NCBI RefSeq assembly: GCF_963921235.1
Contig: NC_086107.1
Coordinates: forward strand, 112,408,001 to 112,472,000
DNA: 64,000 nucleotides
Source of the DNA: Mobula hypostoma
Lineage: Eukaryota
Direction: 5' to 3'
This document shows, in pieces, positions 49,961 to 63,700 of this stretch (its first letter is position 1; every line of letters begins with the position of its first letter). The notes under the pieces were generated by a model. That model saw only the letters and a program-made list of their open reading frames with translations. It was not told the DNA's origin and searched no databases. Position numbers and translations under genes: made by a program.

Positions 49961-52900
49961 AATAGGTAACTCGCCAAAGCCAATTAACTTACTCTCATGT
50001 CTTTAGGGTGTGAGGGGAACCCAGAGCACCTGGGGAAAGCCTTTCGATCACGGCCTGTCCACACAGACAGTACTTGCTGCTGGGAAGCAGAAGAGACTGA
50101 AGATGCTGGGATCTGAAGTTTTAAAAAGAACAAGATGCTGGAAGAACTCAGCAGGTCAGGCAGCATCTGCGGAAGGAAATGGATACTCAAGCTTTAGACG
50201 ATGATCCCAAATTGAAACACGGACTTTCTATTTCCCTCCACAGATGCTGCCCAACCTACTGAGTTCCTCCAGGGTTTTATTTTCATCTCCAGTATTTGCA
50301 GTCATTTTTGATTCAACCTGTACCAAGGCAACATATTCATCTGTTTATTGCTTGTGATGGTGTTCAGTGCATTGGAGTGGGGGGTGGGGGAGAAGGATTG
50401 GACCCAGGTGGCTAGAAACGCAAGGCAGCAATACTAACCACTGAACTATTCAGCCATTCAATAGACATCCTTTCCATGCTCTAAAAGAATGCTGGCTCCC
50501 TTGGGCTAACTGATGGGAGCTCGGTTAGAGGAAAAGGTGAACCTTTTTAATTTCAGCCCAGCCCAGATCCAATCCAATTGGATCTAGAGCATTCCTGGTT
50601 CCAAATAGTATTTCTTCATTGAGATGCATTGCAAAACAGGCTCTTCTGGCCCAACAAGTCATATCGCCCAGCAACCTGCCTAGTCACAGGACAATTTACA
50701 ATAACTGATTAAACTACTAACTGGAACGTTTTTGGACATATTTCTGGAGCAGACGGCAAATATCCTTTTGAAGGGAGACTGAAAGGAAGTGGTACGTTTG
50801 GTCCGGACACACCGAAGGATAACCACCTCAGTAGCAGCCCTCTACCTTGTCAGTACGGTAACAGCAGACCACCATTAATAATGGTGAACAAGATGCCACC
50901 AGAAAAAAGGTAATAATCAAGTTGTTTTACCTTGATTAATAATTGTGAAAGGAACCTTCCACACTAGTTCAAGTTGCTGTCATGTCAAGCCTTCCCAAGA
51001 AAGACATGTCACAAGATAAGGGTCAGATTAACATCAAATATTTTATTTTTCTATGTATCTATGTATCCATCTATCTCTCTATCTATTTATCCATCTACCT
51101 ATCTATCCATTGATCCATCTGTCCATCTACCTGTCTATCTATCTATCCATCAAATCCATCTATCTATCCATCAATCCATCTATCCATCTATCTATTTATT
51201 TGTTTAAAGATACAGCATAGAATAGACCTTCTCACCCTTCAATCTGCACCGCCCAGCAACCCACTTATTTAACCCTAGCCTAATCACTGGACAATTTACA
51301 AAGACCAATGAACTTACTAACTGGTACATCTTTGGACCGTGGGAGGAAACTGGAGAATGCAAAAAAACCCCACGTAATCCGCAGGGAGGGGAGGGCGACG
51401 TACAGAGACTTCTTACAGAGGATGCTGGGATTGAACTCTGAACTCTGATGCCCTAAACTGTAATAGTGTCATGCTACTCTCTGTGAAACCCGTACCTTAA
51501 CTGTACACAGACAGTAAGGTCTGCACTCCATCAAATACTCCTTGGCGAGACAGCCCATTAGGTATCGAATAAAATCCCACCTAAGCTGTTCCACCAAACA
51601 TTCTCAGGGCAGGGGCAGTACAGATTAGGTACAAAGTTCCCTCCACTCTGTCCCATCGAACATATCCTGGGGAGAGAGACCAAGGTATTTAACTGTCCCA
51701 TTCCAACATGTCAGTCCTTGGCCTTCCCTATTGCCCAGTGAGGCCACTCTCAAGTTGGAGGAGCATCACCTCATATTCCATCTAGGTAGCCTCCAACTTG
51801 ATAGCCTCTAACTTCGTAATTTCTTTCCCCTCTCTTCTTTTTTCTTCTTCCATTCCCCACTGTGGCCCCCCTCTGATCCCTTCCCTTCTCCTCACCTGCC
51901 CATCACCTTCACCTGGTGCCTCTTCAACTCCCTTTCTCCTCTGATTCACTCTCCTCTCCCACCAGATTCCATCTTCCCTCTATCACCTCCCAGCTTCTCA
52001 CTTCGTTCTCCCCCCTCACCCACCTTCCCCCTCATCTGGCTTCACCTATCACTTGCCAGCTTAAACTCCTACCCTTCCCCCTGACTTCTCATTCTGCCTT
52101 TTTCCCCCTTCATTTCCAGTCCTGCTGAAGGGTTTTGGTTTGAAACGTCAACTATTTCTTCCTCTCTATAGATGCTGCCTGGCCCGCTGCGTTCCTCCAG
52201 CATTTTGTGTGTGTTGCTCTGGATTTCCAGCATCTGCAGATTTTCTTGTGTTTATGATTTGAAGCCTCCTCTATACTGCCCTGGGCAGTGACCACACGGG
52301 TTAGATTACAGAATGAATCTTCCTCTCCATGGGGTTTGCAACCTGGGGCTCCACGGACCCTTTGCTTAATGGTATTGGTCCATGGCATAAAAAAGGTTGG
52401 GAGCACCTGCTCTATAGTGCCCCATCTTCAACACAGGGACAGCAGAGGTTAGATATAGAGTAAAGCTCTCTCTATACTGTCCCATGAAGTTCCTCTATAA
52501 ATCCTTCATCACTCCAATCTCGGTAAAGCACCCCTTGAGGAATACTCTATCACTGGGAGATCTTTTTGCACAACCCACTGTTATGGCAACTGGAACTTCA
52601 GGTGGGCTTGTTAAGGGTTCACGTTCATTATCCTCATTTCATTTTTTGTAGAACCCTCTCACTGGCCACACTCACAACCTACTTGTCTGTAACGGATTCA
52701 GTAGGAGGTGGTAGGGTATATCTCAGTATCTCAGTTATATAGATGCTGTACGGTATAGCCTAGCACAACATGGACAAGGCAGAGGGAACTCCGCAGTCTG
52801 CAGTCACGAGAGCAGAAGATGCGGTGACGGGACAGACCGATGCAGGGTAAACTCAACTAAACTTGCAATATTGTCACACGTGCTCATCGTACTCACTGCA

Positions 52901-54339
52901 AGTGCTAATGCAGCCGCATTTCAGTGGCGGATTTCAATACACAGAGGCTAAAATAGTTCAGCGCAGCAAACTGCCTTGGTCTCCAGTTAATCACCAAGTC
53001 CTATGTGAAAATACATGTAGGGAGAGGTTTTTTTCCATGGTTTCTTACTTTTTTTAACTAGTTTTAGGCATCCGTTAGTCTTGCGAGACCATGGATCTGC
53101 GCCTGGAAAGTCTTCACTCCCCAGGGCGCAGGCCTGGGCAAGGTTGTATGGAAGACAGGTAATCTCCCCTCTTCACGACACCGATGTTGTCCAACGGAAG
53201 GGCATCAGGACCCATACAGCTTGGCACCAGTGTCGTCACAGAGCAATGTGTGATTAAGTGCCTTGCTCAAGGACACAACACGTTGCCTTTGCTGGGGCTG
53301 GAACTCACGACCTTCAGGTCACTAGTCCAGTGCCTTAACCACTTGGCCACGTGCCCACACTTTTTAACTAGTATTTTGGGCATTTACATGCTTTTTCAAC
53401 TCTCTTGTAATCCTTTGACTCAGGATCTGAGTTTGTGCACCAAGGAATCGATTTCTTTCCTGGGGGAAATGGGCCCCTTTCGCTTTGCCTCTCCTAACAC
53501 AATGGTGGCGAGGCAGTGAGCACAACGCTATTACCGCTAGGGGGTGTCAGAGTTTGGGGTTCAAACCCAGCGTCCTCTTTACGTACACCCCGTGGAACGT
53601 GTGGATTTTCTCCGGCTCCCCCGGATTCCTCCCACAGTCCAGAGATGTGCAGATTAGTGAGTCGATGTGTTGTTCCTTGTGACACATCTGGCCATTTCTT
53701 TAGCGTTTTTGTCTGCTTCTTTTTTAATGAGGCCGAGCTGCTATGCGGAACACGGATGGAAAGCGAGCAAGGAGCTGGCCAGATTCGAACCCAGGACCGC
53801 TTGCCTCGAAGTCCAATGCAGACGGCTAGCAGGGTAATTGGTTGTTTGTAAATTGTCCCGTGATTAAACTAGGGTGAAATCGGGAGTTGAAGGCCGGGAG
53901 AGCTTATTCCACCCTGTATCTCTAAACAAATGCAAATAAATAAAATAATAAATCTATATAAATCAATGAACGTAAAGTAACAAAATACAGCTCCATGAAA
54001 TCTTTCCCCAAAATCTCCTGGACAAGAGGGTTTTTCGAAATGGGGACTTCTGCCAGCGAGTTAAAATGTCTCAGAGTCAGTTGCGCTAACATCATTCACA
54101 CCCAGTCATGCATCCATGCCGATATAACAGCACCGCACACTCTATACAAAAAACAGCACGTACATATGAACCACAAACCACTGACAGAAAGAACGTCAAG
54201 GGCTTTCGTTTTACTCGATCCTGTCGTGTTCCTCCTCTCCTCGTTTCCAAAACAAAAGGCTCCCCGTCTCTCACTTGGCAGCGCACGGCACTGGGATCTG
54301 CGGTTACCCCCCACCCCAACCACGTACTCAATATGCCTC

Positions 54340-54950
54340 CTGTGTTGACCTGCCAAGAGGCACACTGGCGGACTTTGGCGTGACCTTCACCGGCAGAGAA
54401 CAACCAATACCATTAAGGGAGGGGAGAGACCGGGATGCCAGTACTGCTCCAGGTGGAATTAGAGATTTCCTGGTGGATTGGCTCGACTTAAACCTATTCA
54501 ACTTAACGCAAAGGCAATTCTCAGCAATGGGAGAATTACCTGCTGGTGGGATATCTACAGATCACCCCTGATACCCTTCTAACCTCTATGCTACCAATGA
54601 CTAGACCCTTTCTGGGAAATCCCAACCATGGAATACTGGAAGCCTGAACCCACCCACTAGTGGCCTACCTCTGGTAATAGATTGCAGAGATATATAGTTA
54701 AGCAGCGGTCAGACAATATGAGTATTATGGGATGAGCTGAACAGGCTGTACGGTATAGCCCAGTACAACATCGATGAGGCAGTGTGCAGTAACAGGAAGA
54801 GCAGAAGATGCCTTTGATGGGACTGACAGATGAAGGGGAATCAATGAAATAAGCCTCCTCCTGGGCAAACAGGAGCACCAGTACTACAAAATACCCACAA
54901 ACTCAACCAACTCACTGCCCTTATTGAAGGAAGCTGTGAAGACACGGGAA
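54340..54950 (+). pseudogene. Decayed coding-like segment, candidate endogenous negative-strand RNA virus nucleoprotein
   Basis: Manual frameshift-corrected translation ETGMPVLLQ/IRDFLVDWLDLNLFNLTQRQFSAM/ENYLLVGYLQITPDTLLTSMLPMTRPFLGNPNHGILEA*THPLVAYLW**IAEIYS*AAVRQYEYYG resembles the C-lobe of borna/chuvirus N in motif spacing; partial second copy at 52745-52860. Not database-verified. Confidence 0.4.
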
Positions 54951-57900
54951 TAGCTCCTGAGAAGTGAGGAAACTGTGCACCAGAAAAACAAAGCAGCAGA
55001 TATCACATTAACTGTGTCTTACATCGCATTCCAATCCCAAAGGCCACTTGCCGCAAGTCTTTCAGACGGTTTGGATGGCAGAGTGGAGATACATCTCTAC
55101 CAAAGGAGGTGTGAGGCGCTCCTTCAGGCCACCCTTGGGCAAGGTGTAGCATCTGCTTAGCCTCCTGATCAGGGTCACGTGAAGCCATGGGAACAGGAGG
55201 TGGGTGGTCATTTGAGAAGCCAGTGCATATCACAAGTCCTGGTTATGCGACCACTGACGCCAGGCAGACAATCTCTGAAGAGGATTGATAATGGCTTAGG
55301 TCACCCGTCTTGCAAAGACACCACTTAGAAGAAGGGAATGGCAAACCACTTCTACAGAAAAATTTGCCAAGAACAATCATGGTTGTGGGCAGAGAAAAGA
55401 ATAAGAACCACAGCTTGTAGGGGGTCTTTCCCACAGGAAGAGCAGATTAAAGACAGATGAAAGACCATTATTGCCTCTCAGAGTCCAACCCTACATCCCC
55501 ATCGTGAGAGATGAAAATGGGTAAGGCTGGCCAACAGGGCTCCTGTGAAGCTGTTTAGTACAGTGGACACAATGGGTTACAGAAACATTGATGAACTCTA
55601 ACCGTACCATCTAACTTTTGATGATGGAGACGGGAGGTCATCAGGTCATCCACTGGGAGCCAAAGGCCCAAGAAGAACAAGAAGGAAGACCGTGATCGCC
55701 CACGTCATATAACACGGCACATAATGATAATTTTGAAAGAGAATGACCTTGCTTTTTATAAAATTATACCAGTTGTGTTTTTTTTCTTGTTCCTTTTGGA
55801 ATCTGACAGGAAATGTCATATTGGGACACAGCTGACCTAGTCAGAATTGAAACGTCATGGAAAACTATGGGACGAGGCTCGAGAGAAAGTATTTGAGGCA
55901 GATACAATGACAACGATTAAAAGTCATTTGAATAAGTATGAGGATAGGAAAGGCTTAGAGGGATATGGGCCCCAAAGTGGGAAAATCGGACTAGCTCAGA
56001 TTGGACATCTTGGTCACCATGGATGTTTTGGACTGAAAAGTGTGTTTCTGTGTTGTGATACCTATTTTTAAAGCTCACAGACAACATAGTACTGAGATCT
56101 CTTAACCAGTACTATTAGGAGGAATCTAATAACACAATTGAAATATAGCGATAATCAATTTGCTCTCTTTTGGGGAAGTTTTAAAATTTATTTTGTTAAT
56201 TTAATATTCTGCCCAAGTTTCAGGGCAACTGGAGGCAGATGCTATTGCTAGTGTCACATCTGCTATTTCCAAAAATAAGTTAAAATATAACCATTAGATC
56301 TTAAGACTTAGGAGCAGAATTTGGCCCATCGAATTTGCTCCAATATTCCATCATGGCTAATTTATATATATATATATCTCAAGAGTGGCTAAGACTTTAG
56401 CACAGCACTGTATTTGGCAATGTGGAGTGGAGAGTGGGTTTGTAAATCTGACGGGACCAAAGGATATTGGGAATGGTGAGGGTGGAGCGTCATGGGAGGG
56501 GTGTGGGCCAGGCGGCAGAGAAGAAGTGGTGGGATGGGGGGGGGGTGTGACCCGTTTTCCCCAACCATGATTCCACTCACCCTGCCCCCTTCCCACTCTC
56601 AGTCAACAACAGAGACCCATATCAGAATCAGGCTTATCATCACTTACATATGTCATGAAATTTGTTTTTTTGTAGCAGCGGAAGAACAGTGCGATATATA
56701 AAATCACTACAGTACTGTGTAAATGTCTTAGGCACCCTAGTTATATATATGCGCCTAAGACTTTTTGCACAATAATATACCTCCCCAGGGAATGTGTGGG
56801 ATTTCTCTGGCTCCTCCAGTTTCCTGCCCTGGTCCAAAGACATACCGGTTAGTAGGATTAATTGGTCATTGTAAATGGTCCCGTGATTAGGCTAAAGCTA
56901 AATTGGGGAATGTCAGGGGTTGCTGGCTTCGAGGGGCTAGAAGGGCCTTTTCTGTGTTGTATCTCTAAGTAAATAAAAAATATAAAATAAAAGTGTTTAG
57001 TGGGAGTGGCTTTACACCAGATTCTCCAGGATCAATTGGAAAACTAACCAGAAACGGGGAATTTCTCTACAGAGGGATGCGAATCAGCTTGTGTCCAATA
57101 AAGCACAGAATGTGAAGCACGAGCCCGATTTCTCAGTTTGTCCATTGCTGTGGCAGAATTTGAACAGCACCGTGAAAGCTGTCCCTCAGTCTATTCTCCC
57201 AATACAATCTTAAGGAGAGTCCATGCCAGAGGTCTGGGCCTCTCAAAATGAACCAATGATATTCTGCTCACAATTCACACTGCACCAGTGAACCAGCCAC
57301 GCAAACCTAGAATTGTTACAGCACAAGAGACCATCAACTCTTCACCACCTCCGAGAAGACCAGCCTAGATGGCCCCATTCCTAGTTCATTCCTCAATAAT
57401 CCTGCAACTTATTTTTTCCTTGAGCTCCAATCCATTTCCCTTCTGAAAACCCTGATTGATTCTATGTCCACCACCCTCATAGGAAGTTGAGTTCCAGATC
57501 ATCACCTCTTTCTGCACTAAAAGAGCGTTTCCTCGTATCCCTCCCATGTCCTTTGTGCATCACTCTAAATCTGCATCCTCAAACCTGACATTGGACATTA
57601 TCTGGTCAAAGGGCAAGAACAATGTCACAAAGGGGTTTTTTAATAACAGAATTCAATAATTAGAAGAAATTATTCATTGGTAGCTTGTGAAACCTCTTTA
57701 AAAATATATTCATGTTGTGAGGGCTATGTTCTATCTTTATCAGGTATCTTCATTAATTTCCTGGCACTCCTGGGATATGAGGTGAGCATCACCTCCGACT
57801 TCAACATTTATGGTCCACCCTCAATTTCCCTCGACAGCTGGAGGAGAGTCACCTTTTTGGACTACTGTAGCTGCCTCAGAGCTATGAGGGAGGGAGCTCC

Positions 57901-60159
57901 AAGATTAGACCCCAGCAATAATGAAGGACTGAAGATGAATTTCCAAGTCAGAATGGTATGTATTTGTTGGGGGGGGGGGGTGGCTGCAGTTGGTAGTGTT
58001 CACGTGCACCTTCTACCTTTCTCCTACTTGGTAGAAGTTGAAGGTTTGGGAGATGCTGTCAGAGCAGCCAAGGCACATAAATGCAGTTCAATTTGTGGAT
58101 CGCACACACACAACACACACTGGCTGCTTGTGGTGTGGGAATACAGAAGGTGGTGCATTGGGTTTTACCTGGATGTAACCAGTGTGGATAACTTCACTCA
58201 CCTCAATTACTAACTCATTCCACAACCTACAGACCCTCTTTCAAGGACTCTACAACTCTGTTCACAGTACGTTTCTATTGCACTATGTGTCTCCTTTTGT
58301 ACATTGCCTGCTTGTCAGTCTTTATTTATGCATAGCTTTTCATAAATTGTATTGTATTTCTTTATTTTCCCATGAGTGCCTGCTGGAAAATGGATTTCAG
58401 GGTAGTTTATGGCGATATATACGTACCCCGATAATAGATTTATGCACTCTGACTTTGACTTTTACTTTGGATGCTATTGACTTTTTGGATAGTGTACGAG
58501 ACACACAGCCAGGCAGTCAGTGAGAATTCCATCGCAATCCCAAGAAGCGAACGCAAAGACTTCAGGGAGTCGGGAGCCGAAGGTATTCAGCCCGTGACAT
58601 GCTTCTGTAGATACAGTTAACTTTCTGGACAGTGGTAACCCCCAAGATGTTGACGATGGGGTTACCGGCCAAGATATTGTCACTGAATGTGGAGAAAAAG
58701 AGGTTGGACTGAATTGAAATTTAGTGGCTCAAGAATCACTCCCTGTTTATTCAGAATCGGAACCAGGTTTAATATCATATATTAAATGGCTATTTTTCAT
58801 TAGGAGCTTGAGGAGATTTGGTTCGTCACCTAAAACACTAGAGAACTTCTGCAGATGTACCATAGAGAGCATTCTGAGTGGCTGCATCGTTGCCTGGTAT
58901 GGGGGGAGGGCTACTGTACAGGATCATAAAAAGCTACAGAAAGTTGTAAAATTAGTCAGCTGCAGCACGAGAGTTAGCCTCCATAGTACCCAAGACACTG
59001 TCGGGGAGCAGTGCCTCAGGAAGGCCATGTCCATTATTAAGGACCCCAGCACCCAGGACATGTCCTCTTCTCATTGTTGCAGTCGGGAAGGAGGTACAGG
59101 AGCCTGAAGGCACACACTCAGTGATTCAGAAACAGCCTCTTCCCCTCTGACACCTGATTCCTAAATGGACATTGAACCCATGAACACTACCTCACTTTTT
59201 TTTCCTGTTTTTGCACTTTTTAATTTAACTATTTAATATACATATACTGTATATGTATATATACCTACCGTAATTGTTTTTTTCCCTATGTTTCATATAT
59301 TGCATTGTACTGCTGCCATTAAGTTAACAAATTTCACAACATAGCCAGTGATATTAAACCCGATTCAGATTGTGAATATCATCGGCATCTGTCATGAAAT
59401 TTGTTAACTTAGCAGCAGCGGTACAATGCAATATATGATAATATAGAGAAAAAATGAATTGCAGGAAGAATATATGTATATTAAATAGTTAAATTAAGAT
59501 AAGTAGTGCAAAAACAGAAATGTTTAAAGAAGTAATGAGGTAATATTCATGGGTTCAATGACCATTTAGAAATCGGATGGCAGAGGGGAAGACGCTGTTC
59601 CTGAATCGCTGAGAGTGTGCCTTCAGGCTTCTGTACCTCCTTCCTGATGGTAACAGTGAGAAGAGGGCATGTGTCGTACACACACATCTGCTACACCTTT
59701 CTACTCTCAGGGTTATTCCACTGCCTGAGATGGAAACAAGAAGTGATGAACCAACGAGGGGAGGAAAATCATTGTCAGGTGCCACCTTGATATCAAGCCC
59801 GTCACCCTCACCTCCTCTCCAGCAGTCTGCTCAGCAGATTATGATTGGTCTTGAGGTCGGGAATTTTGGAGGTGAAGATTACTGTTACAGATATTGCTCT
59901 GTTCTGTGCAGTGATCTCTCTCCTCCAACTTATTCTTAGCCCAATAAATCAGGACCAAAGCTACATTGCATTATATTTTGTTTTAAGGAAAGTATAAAGA
60001 CCCAATGTTTGGGCAAACTTCAAATTCACATTCAACCATGGTCAGACACCCCTACCCACAGTCGGAAGCAGGGGCTGGAAAGAAAAGGTGTTGCATTCCT
60101 ATAGCACCTGCACCTTCTATACCCCTTTCAGCGTGTCTCAAAATACCTTGCAGCCAACG

Positions 60160-60765
60160 AGGTACTTTTGAAATGGCCAGCCATGTAGATGTCATGGTCA
60201 AAAAAGCTCCAAGGCCAGGAGGCTAAAGAAATTTGGCAAAGCCCCGTGCACCCTGACCAACTTTTATTGATGCATCATCGAACCTCCAGAGGAGGTTCAC
60301 GAGAATTATTTCAAGAATGAAAGAGTTAACATATGAGGAGTGTTTGATGGCTCTGAGCCTGTAGTCACTAGAGTTTAGACGAATGGGGCGGGGGGGTGGG
60401 GCTCTCATAGAAACCTATCAAATATTGAAAGCCCTGGATGGAGTGGATGGGGAGAAGATGTTTCCTATTGTAGGGGAGCTTTGGACCAGAGGGCACAGCC
60501 TTAGAATAGAGGGATGTCCATTTAGGACAGAGACAAGGAGGAATTTCTTTAGCCAGAGGGCAGTGAATGCTGTATGTGGAATTCATTGCCACAGAAGGCT
60601 GTGAAGGTCAGGTCATTGGGTATATTAAAAGTGGAGGTTAATATGTTTTTGATTTGTCAGGGCAGGAGACTGCAGTTGAGAGGGATAATAAATCAGCCAT
60701 GATGGAATGGCAGAACGGATTTGACACGCCAAATGGCCTAATTCTGCTCTTATGTCTTATGGTCG
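60160..60765 (+). mobile_element. Degenerate CR1 LINE 3' fragment
   Basis: ORF 60383-60604: LIETYQILKALDGVD.EKMFP.VGE..TRGHSLRI.G.PFRTE.RRNFFSQR. Similar remnants at about 13030-13440, 17585-17970, 20615-20860, 25680-26400, 29565-29940, 32290-32740, 62470-62780 and 63780-63970. Confidence 0.8.
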
Positions 60766-63700
60766 TATGAAAGGTATTCTGTCTGGATGTATAATGGCTT
60801 GGTGGCAGTTGCTCTGCACATGACCACAAGAAATTGCCCAGGAACCAGCCTTCCCTCCATGGACTCTGTCTCTGCTTCTCACTGCCTCAATAAAGCAGCC
60901 GGCATAATCAATTACACAACCCACCCCGGACATTCTCTTTCTCCCCTCTCCTATCAGGCAGAAAATACAACAACCTGAAAGCACATGCCACCAGGCTCAA
61001 CAACAGCTTCTATACTACTGTTATCAGACACTTAAACAAGCCTCTTGTAAAATAAGATAGACTCTTAGCCTCATAACCTACCTCAATATGATCTTGCACC
61101 TCATCGTTTACCTGCAGTGCACATTCTTGGTAGCTTTTAGACTTTATTCTGCATTTTGTTATTGTCTTACCTTGTCCTACCTCAATGCACTGTGTAATGA
61201 TCTGATCTGAATGAACAGTATTGCACAACAAGCTTTTCACTGTATCTTGGTACATTTGACAATGATGAACCGTTGGCAATACCAATAATTTTTTGCGCAA
61301 CAATCCTCCACAGCTAGCAAAGCAATAACGACAAGATAATCAGCATCTCAGTGGGCCTCGGGCTCCCCAGTTGCTGTTCAAGACGGTATCAATGGATTTC
61401 TTGCTTTCAACTGGAAGCCCAGTAGTACTGTATATCCATTCTCCATTCTGGTTCCCCTCTGACCCCCTTCTCTTCTCCTCACTTGCCAATCATCTCCTTC
61501 TCGTGCCCCTCTCCTTTCCCTTTCTCCCATAGTCCACTCTCCTCTCCTATCAGATATTTTCTTCTTTACCTCTTCCACCTATCACCTCTCAACTTCTTAC
61601 TTCATCCCTGCCATTGCTTCCCCCTCACCTGGTTTTGCCTATCACCTGCCAGCTTGATCTCCTTCCACTCCCCCCACCTTTTTATTCTGGCATCTCCCCC
61701 CGCCCCAACTTCCCTTCAAGTCCTGGTAAGAGCCTCGGCCCAAAACATCAGCTGCTTAATCCTCTCCGCCGATGCTGTCCGACCTGCTGAGTTCCTCCAG
61801 CATCTCGTGTCTGTTGCTCTGGATCTCCAGCACCTGCAGAATCTCCTGTTTAAAATCTCATTACGTGAAGGGGACACCGACAATGCCGCACTCCCTCTGC
61901 TCAACCTGGATCAGCAGCTCACATCCCCGGTGCGGCCATTGACATCATCCCCCTGAACCGGGAGACATTCATCCCCACCCACCCACGTCCAGTGCCCTGT
62001 GGGTCGGGTTGCAACTCCAAAAGGACTGTCCATTCTCTCAAAACAGCGAAACAGCGAGCTGTGGGTCTCCCTCTCGGTGTGACAGGAGTGACACCTCTCT
62101 CTCCTTTGATACTGAGAGAGAAAGAGTCTATGGCATGTCAAAGTGTTGGGATGAGCTATGTTTTTTTTTCTAGATCATGCTCTCTTGGGGGGCTTTGCTA
62201 TCACTTGTTTGGTAGGGGGAGGATTGGTGCTTTGCTGCTACTTGTACATGAGAAGGGAAGGGGGCTTTGGGGTTCCAACATTTCTCTCTCATTCATTCTT
62301 TGGGGGTTTTGCTTTCATTTTATGGATGTCTGTGAAGAGTAAGAATTTCAAGTTGTACACTGTATACATTCTCTGATATGAAATGGAACCATTGACCAGT
62401 AAAACCTTCCCCAAGCACCACAGCTCATGTGGGTCTCTCAGTAATGGTACTGCACCTAGGAGTCACAATAGACAATAGACAATAGATGCAGGAGTAGGCC
62501 ATTCAGCCCTTTGAGCCAGCACCGCCATTCACTGTGATCATGGCTGATCATCCACAATCAGTACCCTTTCCCTGCCTTCTCCCTATATCCCTTGACTCCG
62601 CTATCTTTAAGAGCTCTATCTAACTCTTTCTTGAAAGAATCCAGAGAATTGGCCTCCACTGCCTTCTGAGGCAGAGCATTCCACAGAACCACAGCCCTCT
62701 GTGTGAAAAAGTTTTTCCTCAACTCCGTTCTAAATTGTCTACTCCTTATTCTTAAACCCTGGCCTCTGGTTCTGGACTCCACAAGTAAATAAAAGGCTTG
62801 CGTTTTCTTGAAGTTAGGAGATGAAGGTGATTTAATCAAAGCAGTTTAACATATTTAATGAGGTAGATAATTATATTCTCAGATGAGCATCTGCGTCAAG
62901 GAGAGAGAGGATTTTTTTCCCTTATAAAGGACAACGGAACACTCCGAAACACAAAGAAAATGCTATGAGTAATGAGGGACAACAAGACAAGGATCACCAA
63001 GATTAAAGCCGACAGATTTTTCTTTCAATTAAGAGCACAAAGGCTTACTGAGCAAAAACATGCAATGGGGACTGAGGTACAGATCACTCATGTTCCAAAT
63101 TGCTGAACAGTACAGACTCAACGGGCGGGATGGCCTCAACCTGACCTAGCATTTCCTGAAGCTTGTAAGGACCCTTAAAGTTCACTCATAAATATACCTT
63201 GCAACCTTTAGATCCTGCCTATCATGGTGCGGTTATGGTTCAAGTCTGAACTGATTCCACAACCTATGGTCTCACTTTCAAGGACTCTACAACTCATGTT
63301 CTCAATATTAATTATTATTTCATTATGATTTTGTTTTGTATTTGCAGAGATTGTCCTGTTTTGCACATTGATCGTCAGTCTTTGTGTATAGTTGGAGACC
63401 TGCGCCTCCTGCCTCAACTCTCAGATTGTGATGGGATTCTACTGATTGCCTCGTCGTGTGGCTCTTATGATATCTGCTGCACTCCCAGGCAATGAAAACT
63501 TGACATATTTACTGGACCATAGACGGTGGCAATGCGGATCATCCATGTCCCTCCCAACAGGGCAATCCTAATTTCCCCTGTGCTTTGCAACACACACAAA
63601 ATGCTGGAAGAACTCAGCAGGTCAGGCAGCATCTACGGAGGGCAATAAATAGTCAATGTTTTGGGCTGAGACCCTTCATCAGGATTGCTGCTGCCTGACC

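Noticed and set aside
50740..50900. Short coding-like stretch (FLEQTANILLKGD*KEVVRLVRTHRR) as another EVE piece
   Set aside because: Too short, with no recognisable motif or second copy; cannot be supported without a search.
57677..58213. 178-aa ORF
   Set aside because: Non-ATG start, no recognisable domain, and overlaps apparently decayed repeat sequence.
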